Shown here: one piece after another, positions 14,050 through 31,648 of the stretch | Layout of the letters: every line of letters begins with the position of its first letter | Numbering within the stretch: the first letter of the stretch is position 1 | Source: the human T2T-CHM13v2.0 reference genome, Homo sapiens | Direction: 5' to 3' (one strand) | NCBI RefSeq assembly: GCF_009914755.1 | Contig: NC_060944.1 | DNA: 64,000 bases | Program-made: the position numbers and the translations under genes | The notes under the pieces: model-generated | What the model was told of the DNA's origin: nothing | What the model saw: only the letters and a program-made list of their open reading frames with translations | The model's database searches: none

Positions 14050-16500
14050 AGTATTTTTGTTTATTTGTTCAATCAACAATTCTTGAGCATCTACTCTGTG
14101 CTAAGAACTTTTCTACATGCTGTGGATTAAGCAATGACCAAAATAGACAAAAAGCCTTGTGTTCACGGGCTTACAATCTGGTAGGGGAAATAGACATTAA
14201 CAAACTAAATGAAAAAAATACATAGCATGTTAGATGGTGATAACAGCTAAGAAAAATAAAGCCATTGAGGAAGATCTGGGAGTGCCTAGGAAGGAAGGTT
14301 TGAAGCTTTAGGGTATTTAAGGTCTCACTGAAAAGATGACATTTGAGCCAAGACCTCAAGGAAGTAAGAGAGTGAGCGATGTATTTATGTATCTGGGGGA
14401 AGAATATTCTCGGCAAGAGTGTGCCTGCTGTGTTTAAGGGAAAACAAGGAGGCCCAGGTGGCTGGAGCAAGGAAGGTAGTAGGAGGAAATGATGTCAGGA
14501 ATAATGAATGGGGCAGAGGAAGGCACGACCATGCAGGGTCTTATAGGCTGCATGGAGGCCACACTTGTGGGTCATTGTAAGGGCTTTGGCAGGACATGGA
14601 AGCCATTGAGGGGTGTTGAGAATGATAAGACCTGCCTTATATTTTAGCAAGATCACTCTAGCTGCCATATTGACAATGACCTGTACAAGGCAGGGAGATG
14701 AGTTAGGAAGCCAGTACAATAGCCCAGGTGAAGGATGATGGAAGCTGAGACTAGGGATGCTATAGGGGAGGTTGTAAGAAGCGGCTGCATTCTGTGTACA
14801 TTTCATTTCATAGGCAGGACTGACAGGATTTGTTATGGAAGGAGAGAGAGAGAGTCAAAGACTCAAAGATGTCTCCAAGGTTTCTGACCTATCAACTTAG
14901 AAGGATGGAGTTTCCTGAGAAGGGTGTGATTTGGGGAAGAGCAGGTTTTGGAGGAGAAAGATCTGGAGTTTGGTTTGAGCATGTTATGTTTATGATGCTC
15001 ACTAAACATCCAAGTGAGGAGCTGAAAAAGCCACAGAAAACATGAGGATGGGACTCAAGAGAAAGGTTCAGGCTGCAGATGTAAATTTGAATGAATGAAA
15101 TCATCGAGGGGATGAGTGTTGATAGCAAACAGAAGAGGCCTAAGAACTGAATCCTGAGGTGTCTAGTATTTAGAGGTCATGGAGATGTGGAACCAGCAAA
15201 GGAGAATGAGAAGAAGTGACCAGCAAGGTAAGAGGGAAGTCAGGGGAGTGTCGTGTCCTGAAGCCAAGATAAGAAAATGTTCCAAGAAGGAGGCATCTGT
15301 GTCCAGTGCTGCTCATGGGTATGATAACAAAGACTAGGGACTGACCATTAGATTTAGCAATGAGGAGGATATTGGTGACTGTCACGGGAGTCATTTCAGT
15401 GGAGTTGAGGGGCAGAAGCCTGATAGAATTGTGTCTAAGAGAGAACAGGAGGAGAGAGATTGGAGACAGTGAGTAGAGGAACTCTTTTGAGTTTTGCTCT
15501 AAAGAAATCAAAGGAATCAGATGATGTCTGGAGCACTGTGTAGTGCCAAGAAAAAATACAGCTTGCTCATATGCTGACGAGAAACAGCCAGGAGGGAAGG
15601 GGAAAATGAGGATGCAAGAGAGAGGGGAGAATTGCTGAAGCAATATCCTTCAGGTGGCAAAAGGGATGTGACCTAGTGCATAGGTAGAGAGGCTGGTTTT
15701 AGCTGGGAGCATAGACAGTTCATCCATGGAAAAGCAGGGAAGACAGAGACATGGACACAGAAGTGGATAAATGGGTATATCCAAGTGGGAGCTTGGATGT
15801 TGTCTTCTGATTGCTTTGTTTTCTCCATGAACTGAGAACCAAGGTCAACAGTGGAAGATAAGGATAGAGAGGGAGACACTAGAGGGCGTGATATAGTTAT
15901 CCAAGAGAGTGAGTGAACCAGGGGGATGAATGTCATGTGATTGACAAGCGGCACTGAGGGTACCCTTGACGTTTATGATCATAAATTTGGTGATAACTTT
16001 CTCCAGCCATGTTGAGCTGCACAGGTGCAGGTGCAGAACAGGTGAGTGGTTGCATAAAACCAGAGTTAGAGGTTTGTCAGTTGAGTAGAAGGAAACATGA
16101 GAGGGCAAGAGACTGAAATGTATGTGCAAGGGATATTTATTTTTTAAAAATGGAAGGATTTAAGCTGGGTAAAGAGACGAGTATGATGAGAGTGTGGACA
16201 TCAATTCTGATGGGGCCAAAGGATTGTTGGAGTTGAGATATGAGACAGGGGTTGAACTGGATGTTAGGTGGATGGAGAATGGGTTGCCTGCAGATGGGAT
16301 TCAGGGTTGAATTGGTAATGCGTGGCCAGGGAAGGTGGAGACAAGATCGTTGGAGAAAAGATGCTCACGGAATGGAGAAGAGAGTGCATTGGAATAATTA
16401 TCTGTCTATACTGACATTGAAATAACCAAGAATTATGACAGGGACAAATGTTCAAGGGTGTATATAATGATCCAGGAGTAAAGCTTCATGGAGTGAAGGT
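14050..16500 (-). mobile_element. LINE-2 remnant(s)
   Basis: Reverse L2 3' end (ttcaatcaacaattcttgagcatctactctgtg) followed by purine-rich L2-like body; decayed minus-strand ORF 15170-15643. Confidence 0.7.
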
Positions 16501-16711
16501 AAGTGATCTTGGGGAAGATAAATGGCAGCAACAAGCAGTGGTTACCGTAACTATTTTTTCTCATATTTCTCCATCGTGTAAGCGAACAGCAGTATCCCAG
16601 TGATTTCCGTTTCTCTTACTCTGAGTGAGGTTGAGCCCACCAGGGCTATTTAAAGGCTATTTGTGTTTCCTTTACTGTGAACTGTCTGTTCATATCCTGT
16701 GCTTATTTTTC

Positions 16712-17085
16712 TTTTCTCCTTCCTTCCTTCCTTCCTTCTTTCCTTCCTTCCTTCTTTCCTTCTCTCTTTCTCTCTCTCTTTCTTTCTTTCTTTTCTTTCT
16801 TTCTTCTTTTTTGACAGGGTCTTGCTCTGTTGCCCAGGCTGGAGTGCAGTGGCGCAATCATAGCTCACTGCACCTCGACCTCCTGGGCTCAAGCCATCCA
16901 CTCACCTTAGCCTCTGAAGTAGCTGGGACCACAGGCTCACGCCAACAAGCCCAGCTAACTTGTGTATTTTTTGTAGAGATGGGGTTTTGCCATGTTGCCC
17001 AGGCTGGTCTCGAGCTCCTGGGCTCCAGGAATTCTTCTGCCTTGGCCTCCCAAAGTGCTGGGATTACAGGCATGAGCCACAACAC
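16712..17085 (-). mobile_element. Antisense Alu with (TTCC)n/(TC)n/(TTTC)n tail
   Basis: Pyrimidine simple repeats at 16712-16810 followed by a reverse Alu. Confidence 0.9.
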
Positions 17086-18162
17086 CCCACCATGTGCTTA
17101 TTTGTATGTAAATTATTGACTTTTTAAAAAACTGATTTGTAGGAGTGTGTATTAATGAAATTATCCCTTTGTGATGAGTTGTCCATATTTTTTCAAGTCA
17201 TTTAACTTTGCCTATGGTGAAATTTGCCCAGTTCCTAAATCTTTTACATACTCCGGGTTTTCATTATATTTAGAAAGGCCTTTATCACTCCAATATTATT
17301 TTTTAAATGTATCCTGTGGTTGCTTCCAGTATTTAGATGGTTTCATTGTTTACATTTAAATGTTTGATTCATTTGAAAAATATCTTGTTACTATATCCTA
17401 TATGATACATGCAAAAGAAAAGTAAAACAAAATAAAAATTATAAGGTATAATTAAAAATTATAAGGTATAATAACCAATGTACACCTGTGAACCTACCAA
17501 CAAACTTAAAATTAGAACATGAGAAATACCATTGAAGCCAGCTCCCCCCAGTCCCCATACCACTGCCTAACCCTCTCCTACAGGTAAACCAAGTTTTGTG
17601 TTTATCATGACCTGGCTTGTTAAAAAAAAATTCATCACAGATTGCATAATCCTAAAAAAAGTGTGTTGGTGTAGTTTAGTTGTGCTTGTGTTTAACTTTA
17701 TAAAAAAAAATGATACCATGTTGCAGCAACCTTCTGCAACGCTCTTTTTAAATTCAGCATATTTCTAAGATTTATCTATCTTGTTGTATTTAGCTGTAGT
17801 TTGTTGTATTTAGCTGTAGTTTGTCATATTTAGTTTTTGCTATTATAAGCAAAGCTGCTATGAGCATTCTTGTTTGTGTCTCTTAATTTGAGTAAGTACA
17901 AGAGTTTGTTTAGGATATAAACTAGGTCAGGAATTGTCAGGTCATGGATACGCACATGATCATCTTAACAAGTTGATGTCAACTGTTTTCCAAGGTGGTT
18001 TGACTAAGTAACACTCCCACCCACAATACTGAGTTTCTATCGCTCCACATCCTCACCAACACTTAATAATGTCACACTTCTTATCGTTTGCCAATCTGGT
18101 GGGTGTACAGGGCATTTTGTGATGGCCTTAATTTGCATTTTCCAGATTACTATTGAAGTTGA

Positions 18163-19021
<859 letters not shown>

Positions 19022-20254
19022 CTATATTTTCTTCCAAAGGTTTCACAGTTTTCCCTTTCACATTTGTCATCCCTATGGAACTAATTAGGGGTATGGTGTG
19101 AATTAAGGAATCAATGTAATTATTTTTTACTTAGGAACTACCAATTATTCCAATACCATTTATTAAATAGCTCATCCTTTCCCACTGAGTTGTAGTACCA
19201 GCTATGTCCTATATCAAGTTTTCTGCTATTTGTGGGTCTGTTCCTAGACTCTCTATTTTATTCCTTTGATCTATTTGATAACTCCTATGTAATCATCACT
19301 TTTTAAAATCACTATATCTGTATAATACCAATGCAAGGACAAGTGTATAGGGCAAGTCTTCCACCTTCCCTGAACATTCTTCAGTTGAATATTGGATATT
19401 TTGGCCTTTTGTGTTTCCATGTAAACACCACACTCCTCTTAGAGTTTTAAGCAATATTACAATGAACCTATACGTCAATTTGAAGAAGAATTTGTCTTTA
19501 TGCTACTGAGTCTTCTGATCCATGAATATGGTTTATCTCACCATTTTTGTAGATCTTCTTTAATGCTTTTCAATACAGTTTTATAATTTTTTCAATAACG
19601 GCCACAAATACTCATTACTTTCACTAATTCATTTATTCAGTAAATATTTATTGAGCATCTACTATGTACCAGGCACTAGGTAAACAGTACACTTACCAGG
19701 TTCTAGGCTTTAGGAATACAAGAGTAAACAAAGCAGACAAAAAAAACCTGTTCTCCTGGAGAGAGAATATATAGGGATGGGGAATAAATAATTATTGTAA
19801 GTCTTTAGAAGGTAATAAATGAAAAAATAGAGAAAAATAAAACAAATTAGGATTGGGGGAATGTACAATTTTAAATGAGGTAGTCAATTAAGCCAAATTG
19901 AGAAAGTGGAGTTACAGGAAACACTGAAGAGATGAAGAAATGAGCTATTTAGTTGTATGGGTAGCTTATTTCCAGGTACTATTTGTATTTTGTTGCTATT
20001 GTAAATGGCATCTTTTGTTATGTTTTCTAATTCTTTGTTTATATTATAGAGAAATGCAACTATTTTTGCATTGATCTTTGTCTTTAGATTTGCCTTGTTT
20101 TTATTTTTTTATGTAGACAGCCATCTTATACAAACAAATACTGTTTTATTTTATCTATCCAGTCCTTATATATTTTATTTCTTTTTCTTGCTTTATTGCA
20201 CTGGCTAGGACCTCAGTTACAGCTTTGAATATACGCAGTGGTAGTGGGCATTCT

Positions 20255-20547
20255 TTTTTTTTTTTTTTGAGACAGAGTCTCGCTCTGTCGCTCAGGCTGG
20301 AGTGCAGTGGCATGATTGCAGCTTACTGCAACCTCTGCCTCCTGGGTTCAAGTGATTCTCCTGCCTCAGCCTCCTGAGTAGCTGGGATTACAGATGCATG
20401 CCACCATGCCCGGCTAATTTTTGTATTTTTAGTAGAGACGGAGTTTCACCATGTTGGTCAGGCTGGTCTCGAACTCCTGACCTCGTGATCCACCCACCTC
20501 AGCCTTCCAAAGTGCTGGAATTACAGGCGTGAGCCACCGCACCCGGC
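20255..20547 (-). mobile_element. Alu (AluS-like), antisense
   Basis: PolyT followed by reverse Alu body. Confidence 0.92.
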
Positions 20548-21508
20548 TGGTTAATGTTAAGCCAATTCTACATTTCCCAGATAAACCCCACTTAATAAGG
20601 ATGTATTATCTTTTTAAATATACTGTTTGATTCTACTTTACATTTTGTTAAGAATTTTTGCATGTATGTTCATAATGGATATTTTTCTGTAGTTTTCTTG
20701 TAATTTCTTTGGTTTTGGGATTGGGGTAATGCTGGCCTCATTTGAATTGATTGGGAAGCATTTCCTTCTCTTCAAATTTTTTTGAAGAGCTTGTGTGGAA
20801 CCAGTATAATTTCTTCTTTAAGTGTTTGGTGGAATTCACCATAAAGCCATCTGGGGCTGGAGTTTTCTTTGTTGGAAGGATTTTAACTGTAATCTCAATT
20901 TCTCTAATAGATATAGAAGGTTATTCATTTCTTTCTGAGTGAGCTTTGGTAATTTATGTGTTTCAAAGAATTTGTCAATTTCTTATGAGCTGTTGAATCT
21001 GTTGGCATAAAATGTTTATAATATTCCCTTATCATCCATTTAGTATTTCTAGAACCTATAGTGATGTCACCTCTCTCATTCCTGATACTGGCAAATTGTG
21101 TCTTCTCTTTTTCCTCATCAATCTGGCTACAGGTTTATCCATTTTATTGAGCTTCTAAACAAACCAGCTTTTGGTTTCATTGATTTTCTCTATCATTTTT
21201 CTGTTTTTTGTTTCATTGATTTCCACTTTGGTATTTATTTCCTTTCTTCTGCTTACTTTTGGTTAATTCCTTCTCCTTCTGGTGTCTTAAGGTGGAAGCT
21301 AAGTTATTGGCTTAAAATCTTTCATTTTTGTCTTAAAATAGACTTTTAGAGACATACACTTCTCCTCAAGTACTGCTTTCGGAGCATACCCAAAATTCTG
21401 ATATGTTTTCATTTTTATTCAGTTTAGAATGCTTTCAAATTTCCCTTTTGAGGTCTTTTTTGACCCACATGTTACTTAATTTCCAAAAACTTGGGGGGAT
21501 TCTCCTAG

Positions 21509-22145
<637 letters not shown>

Positions 22146-22606
22146 TTCATTATTAATTTCTAATTTAATTGCATTGTTTGTCAGACAACATGTACTTTGT
22201 GTGACTTGAATCCTTTTGAATTTATTGAAACTTGCTTTATGGCATAGAATATGGCCCACGTTGGTAAATATTTTGCCTGCGCTTGTGAAGAATGTTTATT
22301 CTGTTGTTATTGCGTGAAATGTTCTATAAATATCAAACAGGTCAAGTTAATTGATAGTGTTGTTCAAGTGTTGTTTTAGCTGATTTTCTTCCTATTTATT
22401 CTACTATTGAAAGAAGGGTATTAAAATCACTGACCATTATTGTACATTTGTCTATTTCTCCTTGAGGTTCTATCAATTTTCCTTCATATAATTTGAAAAT
22501 TCATTGTTAGGTACATGGATGTCTAGAATTATTATGTCTTCTTGTTTAATTGACTTCTTTATCATAAAATTCACAAAATCTACTTTGATAATATATAGTC
22601 ACACTA

Positions 22607-22835
22607 GCTCCCTGCAACCTCCGCCTCCCAGGTTCAAGCAATTTTCCTGCCTCAGCCTCCCAAGTAGCTGGGATTGCAGGCACCCACTACCACGCCCAGC
22701 TGAATTTTTGTATTTTTGGTAAAGACAGGGTTTCACTATGTTGGCCAGGCTGGTCTCGAACTCCTGATCTCATGATCCCCCTGCCTCGGCCTCCCAAAGT
22801 GCTGGGATTACAGGTGTGAGCCACCGCCCCCGGCC
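22607..22835 (-). mobile_element. Partial Alu, antisense
   Basis: Reverse Alu lacking its tail. Confidence 0.88.
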
Positions 22836-23587
22836 CATTCTTCTTTTCTTTATCTTTTTCTTCGTTTTTTTTCCCCCTTTCTTTAGATGACTTGGGTTTT
22901 TCAGATTATCTTATTTTTGTCTCCTGTGTTGGCTTCTTAGCAAAACTCTATATTTTGTTATTTCAGTTGTTTATTTAGAACTTATTGTATATATCCTAAA
23001 CTTACTGCAATCTACCTTCAATTATACCCCTTCTTGTATTGTATGCTATTACTGTCGCAGACTTTATTTTTACGTGTTATAAAATCCAAAATACATTGTT
23101 ATTATTTTGCTTTGTCAATTGCTTTTAATGAGATTTAAATAATATTTAAAATATTTTATCTATTTATCCATGTAGTTACCATTTCCTTTCTGTTGATCCA
23201 AATTTCCATCCGGTATCAATTTTCTTAGGCCTGAAGGGCATCCTTAAATATTTCTTGTATTGCTTGTGAAAGCTATTTTGCTGGGTATAGAATTATAGGT
23301 GATAGTTGGGTTTCTTTTTTATTGGTTTGTAAGATGTCGCTCCACTGTCTTCTCTCCTGTGTTTCTGATAAGAAATCTGATGTTTATCCTTATCTTTGTT
23401 CCTCTGCACATAACATGTCTTTCATTTCTAGCTGCTTTTAAGATATTCTTATAATTCATTTTGAGCAACTTGATTATGATGTACATTGATGGAGTTTTCT
23501 TCATGTTTCTTGTGCTTAGGGTACATTGATCTTTTTGTTTCTGGGAGTTTACAGTTTTCATTCAATTTGGAAAGTTTTTGACCATGA

Positions 23588-24217
<630 letters not shown>

Positions 24218-24494
24218 TAAAACACAGTTATAATAACTCTTCTATTATATTTTTCTGCTGATTCTAACATCTGTGTCTGTTCTGAGTCAGTTTCAATTGA
24301 CTGATTATTCTCTTCCTTACAGATCTTTTTTTAAGCATCTTGGCATGCCTGGTAATGTGTAATTGGATGTCAGATATTGTGAACTTTTTCTTGTTGGGTA
24401 GTAGATATTTTTGTATTTCTGTAAATCTTGAGCTTTGTTCTGGGATGTAGTTAAATTACTTGGAACCAGTTTTGTCTTTTTGAGCCTTGGTCTT

Positions 24495-24632
24495 GTTTTT
24501 GTTTTTGTTTTTTCTTTTTTGAGATGGGAGTCTCACTATGTTGTCCAGGTTGGACTTGAAATCCTGGGCTCGAGCAGTCCTCCCACCTCAGCCTCCTGAA
24601 GTAACCAGGACTACAGGTATGTGCCACTGCCC
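24495..24632 (-). mobile_element. Alu monomer (FLAM-like), antisense
   Basis: Single-arm reverse Alu with T-rich tail. Confidence 0.8.
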
Positions 24633-25578
24633 TCATTGAGCCTTGCTTTTATGATTTCTTAGATGGTCCACAGAGTACTCAGTCTGGGGCTAATTATTCC
24701 TCACTACTAAAGTAAGACTTTCCTGAGTACTCTACCCAATGCCCTATGAATTACGAGGTGTTTTTTTTTTTCAGTCTAGTTGGTAGAAACAAGCACTATT
24801 TTCATCCTTATGTGAGCACCAAGTCATGCTTCCTTTATTCGTTTTGAGTAATTCTTTACTTGGCTTCAGATAGTTTTCTCACATGCATGCCTTTATCAGT
24901 ACTCTACTAAATGTTCAAGGAGGTTCCTCCGCAAATCTCTAGGATACTCTTTGTATGCAGCTGTCTCCTCTCCAAGAAATCTAGCTACCTTGGTCTCCCT
25001 GGACCCTGAGCTCTATCTCCTCAACTCTGGGAGTCTGCTGGGAAGTGCCTCAGTTCCTTCTCCCTATGCCACAGCCTGAAAACACTCAGAGCATTATGCT
25101 GGGATATTTGTAAGGTTTAGCCTGTTTATTTCTCATCTCTTGGGGATCACTGCCCTTCATTGTGTAATATCTATTGTCTTGAAAAATGTTTTATTTATTT
25201 CATCTGGTATGTTTTGTTTTGTTTTGTTTTCAGGATACAGGTAAATGTGGTCTCCGTTACTCCATCTTGGCTAGAGCAGAAGTGTGTTTCTTAATTTCCA
25301 AATATGTGGTATTTTTCTAGTTATCTCTTGTCACTAATTTCTAACCTAATCGTGTGTCTTATTGGATCTACTATATTACACATGTCCATTAAATCAAGAT
25401 TGTGTTGTTCAAATCTATCTTTACTTATAATTGTCTGCTTGATCTATTGGAAACTGATAGATGAGGTTATAATCTCCCGCATGCGTTTTCAGCTTTTCCC
25501 TGTTGTTCCATCAATTTTTGACACATATATATTATTACTATTCGATAAATTGTGGACAGGCTTTTAAAAACTTTATAA

Positions 25579-26086
<508 letters not shown>

Positions 26087-27061
26087 AGATGTTTCTCTTT
26101 TAATAGCACGTTGCTGGATTTTTTAAATCTAGTCTATTTTTTAACTGGCAAGTTTAGTTCATTTACTTTATTGAGATTATATTTTTTTCAATTTTATTGG
26201 TGTATAGGTGACAAATAAAAATTTTATATCTTTAATATGTACAATATATTTTAACCATTTTCTACCATATTGCTTTGTGCTTTCTATTTGTTCCACTTCT
26301 ATGTTTCTTTGTTTTCATTTCTTGTCATTTAAAAAATTAAGTATTTCATTTGATGTGTGTGTGTTTCTTATCTCATTTTCTCTTCTTTAATGGTTTGGAA
26401 CTGTATTCACTTCAATTCTATCCTTTGAGTTATTGCCCTTGAAATTTACTACATATTCTTAAGAAAGTCATAATTCCTTTCCTGACTAATATTACAGTTT
26501 TTAGCAATGATGTGTTGGAGCTGGTTTATACTGGCTCACAAGAGCTGATTGTTAGCATCTCTTCTCAGTTTTATATTCAGTGACACCCATTGGCAGTTTG
26601 AAATCAACCATGCTGGGAACATATAACCATGGAAATCAACAACACTATAAATCAGAGTTTTGCACCCTGAAAATTTGGAAATGGTTGTTAAACATTAACC
26701 AGTACACTACTGATCTTAGGCCATTCTATCACACCTGCCCTATTTTTTAAAGCTGCATATCATTGTTATGCTTTTTTATTATATATGAATAATTTTTTTT
26801 AACTCTGCTAAATTTTCTGCTCACCTTTTCCTTCTTGCATTTTGCAGCTTTTTGGAGGGCCATTTTCTTTCTTTCTAAAGTACATCTTTTAGAAGTTCCT
26901 TGAAAAGATTGGCTGGTAATAAATTGTGTTCTCACTTTTGTCTTTGTATGACTCCGTTTCTTGAAAGATGGTTGTTCTGGGAACACAATTCCACATTGAC
27001 AGTTATTTTTTACTTAGTACTTTGAATATATTTCCATTTTTGTTGTTGAAAAGTCCAGCAT

Positions 27062-27478
<417 letters not shown>

Positions 27479-28692
27479 TTAAAAATTCTGCTTAGAATGT
27501 GTTGGCTTATTTATATCTATGGATATACATCTTTTACCACGTCTGCAAATTTCTTAGCCTTTGTCTCTCCTAATGTTACATCTCATTTGCTTTCTCTCTT
27601 TTCTCTTCTGGCACTCCAAAGAACACTCCAATTTAGATCTTTTTATTTCATCCTCCATGTATCCTAAACAATTTTATATTTCCCACCTATTTTTCTCTTC
27701 ATATTGCATTCTGGGTAATTGTTTTTCATTCATCTTTCAAGTCATTAATTATTTCTTTAGCTGTATCTAATTTTTAATTTATCCCATGAGTTTTTTATTT
27801 CAATGATTCTATTTTTTATTTCTGAAAGTTTTATTTAGATCTTTTGCAATATGTCTAGTTATTTTGCATGGTCTCTTCTTGCTTGCTCATATTTCTAAGT
27901 TGATTTTTATTTCTTTAAATGTTTTGTAGTTATTTTACATTCTGTATTTGGTAATTTCAATATCTGAAGTCCTTGGGGCTTTAAATCTGTTGTCCATTAT
28001 TTCTGCTATTACTCATGGTGGCTTGTTTCTGTGTTTGGTCTTTTTGTTATTGATGTGGTGGTGGTTATTTTAGTTTATATTTGGTTGAACCAAATCTGGC
28101 CCCAAACCGGGTATGTTTTCCCCCAGAAGAATTTTGTCTGATTCTGCCTGGAACAAGGGGTGCTACCAACCTCAGACTTTTCTAGGTTCCTCAGAGGATC
28201 CAGGGCCCTCCTCTCAGGTGGTTCCTATTCTCCATCCCGGTGTTTATATTGGCATTTGCCACAAGTACAGTTCTGATATTTGTGTATTTGTGTTAGCTCA
28301 TAGCTTATGGCTCCCAATTAGATTTCAACTCACTTATTTTTGTTTTTTAGTATCTTTGGCAATTTCCCTTACCGTTTTTATGAAAGCCTGGTATCTAGTT
28401 CTATTGCCGGGGGGACCTCAAGATATGTAGTCTGCTATTATCCTAGAAGAGGAACTCATTCATTCAGAATTTACACTGGTGAAAGGTAGAAAATAAGGCT
28501 CTACATGTATTTTTTTTTCTTATGGCTTCCAGTTGCCCCAAGAGCATTTATTTAATAATCCATCTTTCTTCCATCAATTGGAAATATCAATCACATCATA
28601 TTCCAAGTTCCCAAATGTAATTGTATGTTTTTCTGGACTTTTCATTCAATTTTATTATTCCATCTGTTTTTCATGGGGAAATATGATGCTGT

Positions 28693-29031
28693 GGCCAGGC
28701 AAAGTGGCTCATGCCTGTAATCCCAGCACTTTGGGAGGGCAAGGCAGGAGGTGAGGTGTAGTATCAGCTACCTGAGAGGCTGAGGCAGGAGAATCCTGAC
28801 TTGAAGTCAGGAGTTTGAGAACAGCCAGGGCAACATGGTGAGACCATGTCTCTACAAAAATGTTTTTTAATTAGCCAGGGGTGATGGTGTACTCCTGTAG
28901 CCTCAGCTTCTCAAGAGGCTGAGTTGGAGGATCACTCGAACCCAGGAGTTCAAGGTTACCGTGAGCTATGATTGTACCACTACACTCTAGCCTAGGTGAG
29001 AAAGAAAGACCCTGTCTCAAAAAAAAAAAAA
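28693..29031 (+). mobile_element. Alu with an extra internal segment and 15-bp TSD
   Basis: TSD GAAATATGATGCTGT at 28678-28692 and 29032-29046. Confidence 0.9.
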
Positions 29032-29214
29032 GAAATATGATGCTGTTTCAATTTTTGAAGATTTAAACGTGTTTTAATAACTGGTAGATCTAGTCCTTTT
29101 CCCCCATTACTCTTATATTTTAGAATTTTCCCAAATATTCTTGATTATTTGTTACACAAACTTTACAATTAGATTATCTAGATCACCAAAACATAACTTC
29201 TTGGTGTCATTTTT

Positions 29215-30480
29215 TTAGGTTGTGGTAAAAAACACATAACGTAAAATTTTCCATCTTCACATTCATGAGAGTATGGTTCGGTAGTGTTATATTCAAATTG
29301 TTGTGCAACAGATCTCCAGAACTTTTTCATCTTGCAAACCCGAAACTCTATATTTATTAAGCAGCTCCCCATCTCCCTCTCCCCCCAGCCCGTAGTAGCT
29401 GCCATCCTACCCTCTGTTTCTATGAATTTGACTACTTTAGACTCCTCACATAAGTGGACTCACATAGCATTTATCTTTTTGCGACTGGCTTATTTTACTT
29501 GGCATACTGTCCTCAAGGTTCATTCATGTAACATGTGACAGGATTGCCTTCCTTTTTAAGGCTTAATAATATTCCATTATATGTATATACCACCTTTTAT
29601 TATATATTATATGTTTATAACATGTATATATATTTTATTATATACATACATCGCATTGTATGTATATACTACATTTATCCATCAATGAACCCTTCAGTTG
29701 CTTCTATCTCTTGGCTATGAACATGGGTGTGCAGATATCTCTCTGAGATCTTACTCCTTTCCATTTTTTTGGATATACAGTCATCCCTCAGTATATGCAG
29801 GGATTGGCCAGGTTCCCCATCCTGCCCACACATGTACCAAAAGCTGTGAATACTCAAGTGCCACAGTTGTCCCTGCAGAAATGCATATATGAAAAGTCAT
29901 CCCTCTGATAAGCAGGTTTTGCATCCTTTGAATACTGTATTTTTTAATCTGCATTTGGTTAAAATAAATCCACATATAAGTGTACCCAGACAGTTCAAAC
30001 CTGTGTTTTTCAAGGGTCAGCTGTATACCTAGAAGTGGAATTGCTGAATCAATGGTAGTTCTATTTCTAATTTTTTGAAGAACCACCATACTGTTTTCTA
30101 TTTAAAAGGTCGCACCATTTAAAAATCCCACCAACAAAGTTTCCAGTTTCCCCACATCCTTGCCAACACTTATCATCTTTTTTATAGTAGTCATCCTAAT
30201 GGGTGTGAGGTAATATTTGATTATAATTTTGATTTGCATTTCTCTAATGATGTTGAACATCTTTTCATATGCTTCTTGACCATTTGTACATGCTCTTTGG
30301 AGAAATGTTCATTGAGATCCGTTGCCTATTTTTAAATTGGATTATTTGGGGGTTTTCTGAGTGTTGAGTGTTAGGAGTTCCTTCTATATTCTAGATAGTA
30401 ACCCCTCCTCAGATATATGACTTGCAAATATTTTATCCCATTCTACAGGTTGCCTTTTCACCCTATTAATTGTGTCACTT
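29215..30480 (-). mobile_element. L1MB-like 3' end, antisense
   Basis: Typical L1M 3' sequence; the minus ORF includes the ORF2p C-terminal motif SAIPLLGI. Confidence 0.8.
29778..30023. mobile_element. MER8-like (Tigger) DNA transposon inserted in L1
   Basis: TA|CAGTCATCCCTC ... CAAGGGTCAGCTG|TA with TA duplication; the L1 flanks rejoin as ggatatatacctagaagtgg. Confidence 0.8.
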
Positions 30481-31153
30481 TTATTGAAATCATGTTTAAC
30501 TCAGATTAACCTGGAGGAAATGGAATATTTATGATACCAAGTCTTTAAAGTGCTTTGAAAATGTAATTCATTTATTGTATAAGTTGCACTAAGAAGGGTG
30601 CAAACAAAAGCAGCTTTACCATTTCTAACAACTGCCCTATAAACCTGCTCGGTGAGATCATTTCTCTCCATCCCTGGATGAAATAATGGACTATTCCTTC
30701 ATCTTTTTTCCACCACTCTCATGAAATAAAAATCCTCTGATCACTTAGGTAAGAAAATGTCCAGAGGAGTGTAACAAACTCCAGAGATTGTCTGATTCTA
30801 AAGCATCTCGTCATCCTGGCTTGGTCCTGCCTTGGGTTTAGTGGTGAGGATGGGTTTGGTAAAAGGGTCTTCTCCCTTTCTTCATTCACCTTCACCCCTA
30901 CTTACTACCTGTAGTCTAGAGTCACCTCCATGGTTGAGGTGGCTGAAGGGAAAAGAGGTTCGGGGGCGGGGGGTTGAAGGGACAAGGTGTTCCTAGGTGA
31001 CACAGTGGCAATCTGTCATTTGTGCCTCTGGAAATGGTGAATAACCCTGGCTTTCTTTCTGAGCTTTTGTAGATCTCTCAAATCCCCCATCCAGGACCCT
31101 CTGATGGCCTTTTGTGATCCCCTCAGCTTCTAGACCTGATTCTTTATCCACAG

Positions 31154-31648
31154 CAGGATTCCTAACCTGAGGTCTACAAGAATACCTGTGGGTCCATAGG
31201 TAGAGTTCTGGGAACTTAGATGGGAAAATTCCATTTTTTTTTTACACAGTTTCCAGTCCTGGAAACCTTTAGCTAATCTTTAGCATTCCTTCAATGGTGG
31301 GAATGGGCAACAGATCACCATAGTATTAATACTCTGTGTAATTTTATCACTAGAATGGTTAATTTCCATATCATAGTAGAGCTGTTGCAGATATTTTGAA
31401 ATCCCATTATACTCACTGCCACTTCAAGATTACTGTAGTTGTTAGAACAGCTGCTAGATCTTATTACTTAATAAATTAATAAAGTGTGAATATAACTATA
31501 TAACCATTTTAAAATGTTTTTTGATAACTTTCAATATAATTGGTTTATTTTATAATTCTATGAATTTATTTTGTACATATGAAAACAATATGCTGAGAAT
31601 GGGTTCAATGGGTCCATGGCACCAAAAAAAAAAGGTTAAGAACTCCTG
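31154..31648. mobile_element. hAT-Charlie-like DNA transposon remnant
   Basis: Imperfect TIRs caggattcctaacct ... aggttaagaactcctg. Confidence 0.55.

Noticed and set aside
17435-17833. Two 20-bp tandem duplications (about 17435-17472 and 17781-17820), plus an 11-bp one at 3166-3190
   Set aside because: Ordinary slippage duplications with no spacers; not CRISPR-like
23319-23561. ORF resembling L1 ORF1p
   Set aside because: Short decayed fragment of an old antisense L1; no intact ORF1 or ORF2 in the window
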